Source: Candidatus Woesearchaeota archaeon
GTDB lineage: Archaea; Nanobdellota; Nanobdellia; Woesearchaeales; WJIZ01
Assembly (NCBI GenBank): GCA_014729995.1
Contig: WJIZ01000029.1
Coordinates: forward strand, 12,779-76,778
Length of the DNA: 64,000 nucleotides
Reading direction: 5' to 3'
The notes under the pieces are model-generated. The model ran no database searches, had not been told where the DNA came from, and was given only the letters and a program-made list of their open reading frames with translations. Position 1 is the stretch's first letter; the number at the start of each line of letters is the position of its first letter. A program made the translations under genes and the position numbers. Positions 57,258 to 64,000 of the stretch are shown here, piece after piece.

Positions 57258-58014
57258 TTAAAACCCTCGATATCGCGTCTAAATCTATATCGCTTCCAGA
57301 ATCCTCATTTTCCTTTTTTTCCTCCTCAGGCTCTCTACCCCCTTTGGATTCGCTTTCTTGCTCCTCTTCCTTGCCTTCTTGCTCCTCTTCACTTTTCTTT
57401 GGCTCTTCTGCTTCCTCTTTGGACTCCTTCTCCTCAGCATCTACAACTTTCCTGGCTTTGCTCTGCTTGATTATCTCTTCCGCTCTCTGCTCTTCTTCCT
57501 TTATTCCCATCAGCTGGTTAAGCCTTTTCCTTACAGCCTGGTTTACCTTGTCAAGGTCATCCTCATTATGCTGTGTCGAGGGCAGCTTAAAATTTACCCC
57601 GTCTCCCTCCTTTCTTGGTATGATATGTATCATGAAATGCTGTGCTTTCTGCCCTGCAGCAGGCCCGTTAGCTACGATAATATTCGTGCCCCTGGCATCG
57701 AGCGATTTCAGTAATGCGTTGCTCAGCTGCTTGGCAATGATGAAGATATGCTTTAGCTCATTCTCAGGAAGCTGGGGCATTATTGTGTAATGCTCTTTAG
57801 GCATAAGAAGCACATGCCCAGGGTTGCCCGGGTTGATGTCAAGCACAGCTATCACTCTGTCATCCTCATAAACTTTCCTCGACTGAACTTTCCCTGACAC
57901 GATATGGCAGAATATGCACTGTTTTTTCTGGAATTCCCTCAGCTCCTCAGGGGACATGTTCTCCAGCTTTTTCCTTAACTCTTCCTGCTGCTCGGGTGTT
58001 AGCTGCTGCGGCAT
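57250..58014 (-). CDS. HIT-like protein paralog (triad H-x-M-x-H) with a long acidic/Lys tail.
   Basis: CIFCHIV. GQKAQHFMIHIIPR, with the central nucleophile His replaced by Met. Overlaps the previous gene by 8 nt. Confidence 0.6.
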   Translation of the reverse strand: MPQQLTPEQQEELRKKLENMSPEELREFQKKQCIFCHIVSGKVQSRKVYEDDRVIAVLDINPGNPGHVLLMPKEHYTIMPQLPENELKHIFIIAKQLSNALLKSLDARGTNIIVANGPAAGQKAQHFMIHIIPRKEGDGVNFKLPSTQHNEDDLDKVNQAVRKRLNQLMGIKEEEQRAEEIIKQSKARKVVDAEEKESKEEAEEPKKSEEEQEGKEEEQESESKGGREPEEEKKENEDSGSDIDLDAISRVLNG

Positions 58015-58221
58015 ATATTAACGCTCAGCCGGCGATTTATTTAAAGGTTTTCAAAAGAAAGACCTGTCCGCCTTAGCAAATACAGGAAAAACTTCTCAGG
58101 TATTCTGCAAACAGATTCAGTTAAAAGGCCCGGTGCCGCCTCGCTTCTATATATGCAACAAAGGGCTGTTAAGTGTCGCGCCGGCTGCTGCCAAAACCTT
58201 TATATACATTCCAGTTAAAGA

Positions 58222-58491
58222 ATGATTATGCAACGCTCAACTAAGGTCTACTTGGAAATAGAAAAATCAAAGATAAAGCGCGAAAAGGCCCGCCTTGTTC
58301 TTGAAAAAAGCATCTTTTTGTATTTCCTCTTCATGCTTATTGCTGTCCTGGGATTTATTTACAATTACATAGGCTCCTTCACCCTGAACGCCCTGATATT
58401 ATTGGGCATAATAATTCTGATCATAGGAACTATCCCTTACCTTGTAATTGTGCACAAGGAAGAAAAAAAGATAGAGGGTTTTATGAAATGA
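58222..58491 (+). CDS. Small membrane protein with two TM helices.
   Basis: Hydrophobic ORF downstream of the peptidase. Confidence 0.35.
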   Translation: MIMQRSTKVYLEIEKSKIKREKARLVLEKSIFLYFLFMLIAVLGFIYNYIGSFTLNALILLGIIILIIGTIPYLVIVHKEEKKIEGFMK

Positions 58492-58919
58492 GAACCAAAG
58501 CCATGGCACCGCTGATAAGCACATTGTTGTTATTGGTATTTGCTGTAGCACTCGGGGCTTTTGTGATGTCATGGGGCCATTCACAAAGAAACACCCATAT
58601 TTGTGATTCAGCTTCTTTCTCGGTCACTGAGCTGGATTCAAGCATGAAAATATGTTTTGACAGGGGCAGCATCAATATGGTAGTCGAGAACAACGGCTAT
58701 TCTGAGATAAGCGAAATCGAGGCTGTCTTTCTCATTGCGGGAGATATTGTAACCAAAAAATCCGGGTATTCCATCTCTCCTGGAGAATACAGCCACATCA
58801 CTCTTGATTCGGGGATAAGTGATAATTCAAAAATTTTAAAAATAAGGCTCATACCATTTATTGAGGGAGAGAAATGCATTGATAAGCGTGTGGAAATAGA
58901 GCATATCGGTGAATGTTGA
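58488..58919 (+). CDS. Archaeal type-IV-pilin-like protein (class III signal peptide, Pilin_N type).
   Basis: MRTKAMAPLISTLLLLVFAVALGAFVM resembles the K-A/G-(V/M)-S/A-P-(V/L)-I pilin N-terminus. ATGA overlap with the upstream gene. Confidence 0.5.
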   Translation: MRTKAMAPLISTLLLLVFAVALGAFVMSWGHSQRNTHICDSASFSVTELDSSMKICFDRGSINMVVENNGYSEISEIEAVFLIAGDIVTKKSGYSISPGEYSHITLDSGISDNSKILKIRLIPFIEGEKCIDKRVEIEHIGEC

Positions 58920-59180
58920 ATGGCAGAAAAAGAAAAAAAAGGCTACTGGAAGCTTCTGCTGTTAATTCCCTTAATAATAAGCATATCCTTCCTGTTCTAT
59001 CTTAAATACTCCTGGCAGATTGAGGTTGCGCCGGGAATTAAGCTCTCTCCCATAGAAAACAAGCCTTTATTCGTGGGCATCATAATCTTTACAATAGGCT
59101 ACTTATTTTTTTTGGGCATGCTCTTCTCTGATGATATAATTAACTTCTTCAACAGCAGGTGGCGCATAAATAAGAGGTAA
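58920..59180 (+). CDS. Small membrane protein.
   Basis: Two TM helices. ORF only. Confidence 0.35.
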   Translation: MAEKEKKGYWKLLLLIPLIISISFLFYLKYSWQIEVAPGIKLSPIENKPLFVGIIIFTIGYLFFLGMLFSDDIINFFNSRWRINKR

Positions 59181-59181
59181 C

Positions 59182-59478
59182 CTATTTTCTTCTCCTTAAG
59201 TCTCTCCTGAGGAGCCTTATCTCAGTATGGTGCTCTTGTATCAGAATCTTGAGCTCCTCCTTGGCGTTCTCGCCTACAGCCGTCAGTATTATAACTATCA
59301 GTATCAGTATCCATAACAGCAGTGAAACAGTCGATTGGTACGAGAACGGCCCGTATTCAAGTATCACCGAATGCACAAAATAATAGCCCACGCCCGCAGC
59401 CACAATTCCCAGAAAAAGAAGTATGTTCTCAAAAAGGTTCGGCCTCCTGCTGTTCACTTTATCAAATATCATAACCAT
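59182..59478 (-). CDS. Small membrane protein.
   Basis: Two TM helices and a basic C-terminus. ORF only. Confidence 0.35.
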   Translation of the reverse strand: MVMIFDKVNSRRPNLFENILLFLGIVAAGVGYYFVHSVILEYGPFSYQSTVSLLLWILILIVIILTAVGENAKEELKILIQEHHTEIRLLRRDLRRRK

Positions 59479-59559
59479 AGCTTTGCCATGGATTATATAT
59501 AAATGTTTGTTATGACTAAAAAAGAGAAAATTTATAAAAAGCCCCTATTTTTGTCTGTT

Positions 59560-62500
59560 ATGGGGGGCAGAAAGTTAATTTTTTTATTATTGGTAATGGC
59601 TCTTGTTTCTAATGTTATCTCTGAAGACTCAAATATAACCAATCTCGGGCAAAATAGTGCTCTCGAGTCAACGAAATCAATTCAGTCGATTCCTTGTCCC
59701 ATAACAAATATTGCTCTATTGGTGAGTTCAGTAGCTTGTAATAATCAGAAAATAGATATAAAATTAATAGTTTATTATGATGTTCCACAGGATTTTGATG
59801 CAATAGTAGAATATGAGATATGGGAAGATGACATACGTTTAGATGATTTTATAGATTCATTTAAAACATGGGAGAGTTTCAAGGACGGAGGTACAGAAAT
59901 TTTTCATATTTTCAAAGACATTGATGTAAGTTCTTATGAAAATGGTGACCCAGAAATTTATGCCAATATTATAATAACAGACCCCTTTATTGGCATGGAA
60001 ATCTGTACTTATACTACTAATACAAAGAATATAGATGTGGAAAACTGTGATTGCTGGTCTGGTCTGTGTTGCGATACTGCAAATTTTCCTTATTCTTATT
60101 ATGAATCTAATGATTATCATATTTGTAGTGATCCCTCCGATATAGAATACAGGTGTGAAAGTTCCAATCCAGGAGACGATGTAGAATATCGCACACAGAA
60201 ACAATATTGTGGAGGAGGCACTGCACAGTGTAATGGCCCTACTTCTTGGAGGATATGGAAAACCTACCAAGATTGTACTATTCACGAATACTGCTCAAAC
60301 AACCAATGCGTAGATTGCGGATACCACACTAACTACCATTGTTTAGGAGACGATGTTTATTGGTATGATGATTGCAGTTACAGAGAAGATCTTAAGGAAG
60401 ATTGCGGTTCAGATGCATGTACTTCTTGGAGTCCATACTGTTATAATAATGATGCATGGAAAAAAAGAACATGTTATGATAGGTATTGCAGAGAAGGAGC
60501 TTCTTTAGGCAGCTGCCAGGAAGATTCTTCAATAGAAACTGCAAAAGTCAAAGACTGTGGCAATAACGAAGAGTGCATGGGGGGAGTTTGTAAGATAATA
60601 AGTTGTTATTCTGATGCAGATTGCGGAAATGATGGTTATATAGGCTCTAAGTATTGTTTGTACGGGGATGTACACCAAGATTATCGAACATATACTTGTT
60701 CAAATCCCGGCCATGGGGATTCATCCTGTTATCATTTTAATCAACCTTATGAAATTGAAGTGTGTACTTATGGCTGCCAAAACGGAGCATGTATTTATCC
60801 ATCCTGCAATTCAGATGCAGACTGCAATCCAGATGGCTGCTACAGCTATGAGCATAGAGATTATTACTGTTATCATCCAGGGCAGGTAGATTCAGCATGC
60901 AGGTATCTCTCAGACGGTACAGATAGAGATAATGATAATTATGACAGCGAATGTGGCGATTGTAATGACTTGAATCAGAATATAAATCCGGGCGCAAGTG
61001 AATTATGCAATGATTTAGATGATGATTGTAATGGAGCAACCGATGAGGGCTTTAATAATGAAAACTGTAGGTACATATGCCGGGCAAACGGGTATCATTG
61101 GTCCAATAACGGCGCTAACCTGAATTGCTGCGGAAATAACCCTAATGAAGCCTCACCTTATGAGGCTGCAGAATCAAGCTGCAGCGATAACCATGATAAT
61201 GACTGTGACGGCAAAACTGACATGCAGGATTCCGATTGTTTTGCCTGTAATGACGGAGATAAGAAGCCTTGCCCTATGCAGCAGGGAGTATGCCAGGGGT
61301 CTTATCAAACATGCACGAATAACATGTGGCCGGGCTGCACATTCCTTAATTACGGCCAGTATTATGAATCTACAGAAATCAGCTGCGATGCACGGGATAA
61401 TGACTGTGACGCCAATATAGATGAGTTCTGCCAATGTGTTGTTCCTTACGGAGGGATGCAGATTTTAAGTGATATTAAATTTTGTACTGGGAATTATAAG
61501 ATGGATGGCCCTATATTTATTAATAAAAGCAGCCTAAACATTGACTGCAGAGACACAAATTTAATAAGGAATTATACCCAGAGTCATAAGGCAACCGATA
61601 GCGGCATTTATCTTTACAAGCAGGATAATATCTTTATAGGAAACTGCAATCTTTATGATTATAGATGGCCCTTTCATGCCTATGATGCAGACAACATCAA
61701 GATAATAAACAACTCTTTCTATGGAAGCAGTAAAAAAAAGGGAGTATTTATAAAAGGAAACAATATCAGGGTGAAAAATAATTATTTTTCTTCGGGCTAC
61801 CCTTCCTTGGAATTTAGGGTCGTAGATTATTCATCAATAGAAGACAATAGCTTTGAAAATACTGGCTTGGCTGTTGCTTTTACTGTGGTGCATCATATTA
61901 ATCAATCTGGAAATATTATTACTAATGCCACCATGGGCATCATAATGTCATACACATACGACTTGACAGCCAGCCAAAATGTAATAACAAATTCCACCAG
62001 TGCCGTAATTGCACTTAATCCGTTATTTAATCTGAGATTTCTGAATAACACTATCAGCCAAAGTAACAATGCAATTTATCTGAATCCTAACCCATCAAAT
62101 GAACTGGAGTTTAAATATAACAATCTACATAATAATTCTGTTGGTGTTTTGTTTAAAAGGGGTAATAACCTATCTTTTAAGTATAATAATCTAAAAAATT
62201 ATATAAATTTTGAAAACAGAAAAAATAAGGAGATAAACCTAAGCCACAATTACTGGGGCTCAGGTGATGAATCTTCAATAGCGCAGAATATAATTGACAA
62301 AGATGACAATGCTTCGTATGGAAAGGCACATTTCAGGCCCTATTACTGCAAGCCATATCCAACAGCCGCAATTTCTCCATGCCCCTCATACCTGAATATA
62401 ACCTTATATCCCGGCTGGAACCTATTTTGCCTGCAAAACAAATCTAACTTAAGCTATTCAAGCCTATTCTCTTTTGATAACTCGAAGAAAGAATACATCT

Positions 62501-64000
62501 CTGAGCCCTTATTCGAAGCCAAAAAAGCCTATTGGCTTGAATCAAAAAGCAGCCAGGCATTGAAGATGAAAAAAACAGGAGGCGGCATTCTTGAATTTAA
62601 TTTAACACAAGGATGGAATCTTTTGCCGTATTTAGCAGGCCAAGAAATGGCTATTTCGGGCTCACTCGGTAATGTCCAGGGCCAATATAGGACAATTTTT
62701 AACTATAACGCATCTGCCCGGAATTGGGAAACATACACTAATGCCAGCCCATTCAATACATTCAGATCCTTTAGGCCTGGAAAAAGCTATTGGATTTACC
62801 TCCCCTACAACCAGACATGGCTCTTTAATTCGTCTTCCGGAATATTCACAAATCCTGATCCATTCATTCCAAAGTGCCAGCCCCGGGAAAGAAGAGACTG
62901 CGGGACAGATATGGGGGAATGCCGCTATGGAACACAGTCATGCATGAATGGAAAATGGGGCCCTTGCTTGAATCGAATAATGCCTGTAGCGGAAATATGT
63001 GACGGGCTGGACAACGACTGCGACGGAATTTCTGACAATAACCTTCACCCTCCCAGTGCGGATAAGCAGCAGGGCGTTTGTTCGGGAAGCAAAAAAGAAT
63101 GCAGCGGCATAAACGGATGGATAGAGCCTGATTATTCTAAAATCAGCAGCTATGAGCATTCTGAATCAAGCTGCGATGGCAGAGACAACGACTGCGACGC
63201 ACTGACAGACGAATCACTCTCTGCTCCGGCCTGCAGTAAGCAGGCAGGCATATGCTATGGAAGCAAAAAGACATGCGGCGGAAGTTCCGGCTGGATAGAC
63301 TGCACTGCAGCTGGCTATGGTACAGATTATCAGTCTGCTGAAACCAAATGCGACCAATTGGACAACGACTGCGACACTATAACAGACGAGAACTGCAATT
63401 GCTATAACGGAGAGACAAGGAATTGCGGCACTGATATTGGTGAATGCCGATATGGCACAGAAACATGCGACATAAACGGAAATTGGGGGAGTTGTATAGG
63501 CGCTAAAGGCCCTGCACCAGATGCCTGCCCTCATGATGGATTTGATAACAATTGCAATGGCGTGGTAGATGAAAAATACTGCAGTGATAATTATTGCTAT
63601 GACTGGAGTTATGCGCCCCCCGATCCTTATGGGGAATTTATCGATACGATTGATTATGGACCATACTGCGCCGATAAAAGACAATGGCGGATTAAGGATG
63701 TTGATAATGATGGATACACCGAGTATTATATGCTGAAAGGAGAAACTCTGAGAATATGGGGATATTGCATCGCAAATACTCTTATAGATCCTACAAGAAA
63801 GGTGGCAGCTTTCAGTGATTTTGCAGCAACACAGAACATAGAATGTTACGATGGGTATTGCGATAGCAGTAAAGAATATTTTTTATGGGAAGATCATCAA
63901 ACCGCCGCCAAAAACTCAATCAGTTTTCCAGGATATCTTTGCGAAGTATGTGATAACTATGGTAATTGTATGAGTTTTGGATGGAAAGCACATCATTTGT
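59560..64000 (+). CDS. Giant secreted protein, 3' partial (at least 1480 aa, no stop before the window end). It has a signal peptide, an N-terminal Cys-rich region, seven or more MopE-like C-D-G-x-D-N-D-C-D-x-x-x-D-E repeats, a central right-handed parallel beta-helix (PbH1/NosD-like) region and a second block of MopE-like repeats.
   Basis: Frame 1 was translated by hand from 59560 (MGGRKLIFLLLVMALVSNVIS/EDS) to 64000 with no stop codon. Alternative ATG at 59503. A TTATATATAA TATA-like box lies at 59491-59500. The supplied ORF track does not list this ORF because it has no stop codon. Confidence 0.8.
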   Translation, partial: MGGRKLIFLLLVMALVSNVISEDSNITNLGQNSALESTKSIQSIPCPITNIALLVSSVACNNQKIDIKLIVYYDVPQDFDAIVEYEIWEDDIRLDDFIDSFKTWESFKDGGTEIFHIFKDIDVSSYENGDPEIYANIIITDPFIGMEICTYTTNTKNIDVENCDCWSGLCCDTANFPYSYYESNDYHICSDPSDIEYRCESSNPGDDVEYRTQKQYCGGGTAQCNGPTSWRIWKTYQDCTIHEYCSNNQCVDCGYHTNYHCLGDDVYWYDDCSYREDLKEDCGSDACTSWSPYCYNNDAWKKRTCYDRYCREGASLGSCQEDSSIETAKVKDCGNNEECMGGVCKIISCYSDADCGNDGYIGSKYCLYGDVHQDYRTYTCSNPGHGDSSCYHFNQPYEIEVCTYGCQNGACIYPSCNSDADCNPDGCYSYEHRDYYCYHPGQVDSACRYLSDGTDRDNDNYDSECGDCNDLNQNINPGASELCNDLDDDCNGATDEGFNNENCRYICRANGYHWSNNGANLNCCGNNPNEASPYEAAESSCSDNHDNDCDGKTDMQDSDCFACNDGDKKPCPMQQGVCQGSYQTCTNNMWPGCTFLNYGQYYESTEISCDARDNDCDANIDEFCQCVVPYGGMQILSDIKFCTGNYKMDGPIFINKSSLNIDCRDTNLIRNYTQSHKATDSGIYLYKQDNIFIGNCNLYDYRWPFHAYDADNIKIINNSFYGSSKKKGVFIKGNNIRVKNNYFSSGYPSLEFRVVDYSSIEDNSFENTGLAVAFTVVHHINQSGNIITNATMGIIMSYTYDLTASQNVITNSTSAVIALNPLFNLRFLNNTISQSNNAIYLNPNPSNELEFKYNNLHNNSVGVLFKRGNNLSFKYNNLKNYINFENRKNKEINLSHNYWGSGDESSIAQNIIDKDDNASYGKAHFRPYYCKPYPTAAISPCPSYLNITLYPGWNLFCLQNKSNLSYSSLFSFDNSKKEYISEPLFEAKKAYWLESKSSQALKMKKTGGGILEFNLTQGWNLLPYLAGQEMAISGSLGNVQGQYRTIFNYNASARNWETYTNASPFNTFRSFRPGKSYWIYLPYNQTWLFNSSSGIFTNPDPFIPKCQPRERRDCGTDMGECRYGTQSCMNGKWGPCLNRIMPVAEICDGLDNDCDGISDNNLHPPSADKQQGVCSGSKKECSGINGWIEPDYSKISSYEHSESSCDGRDNDCDALTDESLSAPACSKQAGICYGSKKTCGGSSGWIDCTAAGYGTDYQSAETKCDQLDNDCDTITDENCNCYNGETRNCGTDIGECRYGTETCDINGNWGSCIGAKGPAPDACPHDGFDNNCNGVVDEKYCSDNYCYDWSYAPPDPYGEFIDTIDYGPYCADKRQWRIKDVDNDGYTEYYMLKGETLRIWGYCIANTLIDPTRKVAAFSDFAATQNIECYDGYCDSSKEYFLWEDHQTAAKNSISFPGYLCEVCDNYGNCMSFGWKAHHL

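Overview
This window reads as a low-GC archaeal chromosome segment, probably from a small-genome or DPANN-like lineage. Evidence: archaeal-type RibL, NadM, Dph6, TreT, TrmB, an A24 preflagellin peptidase, a Pilin_N-type pilin, split GATase genes, and very large Cys-rich N-glycosylation-sequon-rich surface proteins with C-terminal TM anchors. Gene density is high on both strands and many starts overlap the preceding stop as ATGA.

Recognisable content:
1. A trehalose/compatible-solute locus: phosphohexomutase, a GT4+HAD-IIB fusion, TreT, and a decayed GT4::GH15 pseudogene carrying an in-frame TAG.
2. prs.
3. A putative B12-uptake locus: ECF-type S-components and DUF4430 (transcobalamin beta-domain-like) proteins, preceded by a 310-nt structured leader. 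One segment of the leader strongly resembles the conserved core of cobalamin riboswitches.
4. A TrmB regulator, Dph6, a ZIP transporter, AlaDH, GATase1 genes, and a GNAT plus ATP-grasp pair.
5. A complete rnfCDGEAB operon.
6. A 2200-aa Cys-rich repeat surface protein.
7. MgtE, NADH oxidase/CoADR, LipA, LplA, RibL, PspC, NadE, NadM and a macro-domain gene whose start is frameshifted.
8. A heat-shock cluster (dnaJ, dnaK, grpE, hsp20) with a divergent wHTH regulator and a perfect palindrome between them.
9. UppS, a prepilin peptidase with a pilin, and two tandem HIT-like genes with degenerate histidine triads.
10. A giant ORF of at least 1480 aa running off the 3' end. The supplied ORF track omits it. 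It combines MopE-like CDGxDNDCDG repeats with a parallel beta-helix.

A ~120-bp non-coding repeat occurs twice, at about 15.15 kb and 55.5 kb.

Every functional call is sequence-pattern inference from memory of the named families. Nothing was searched against a database.
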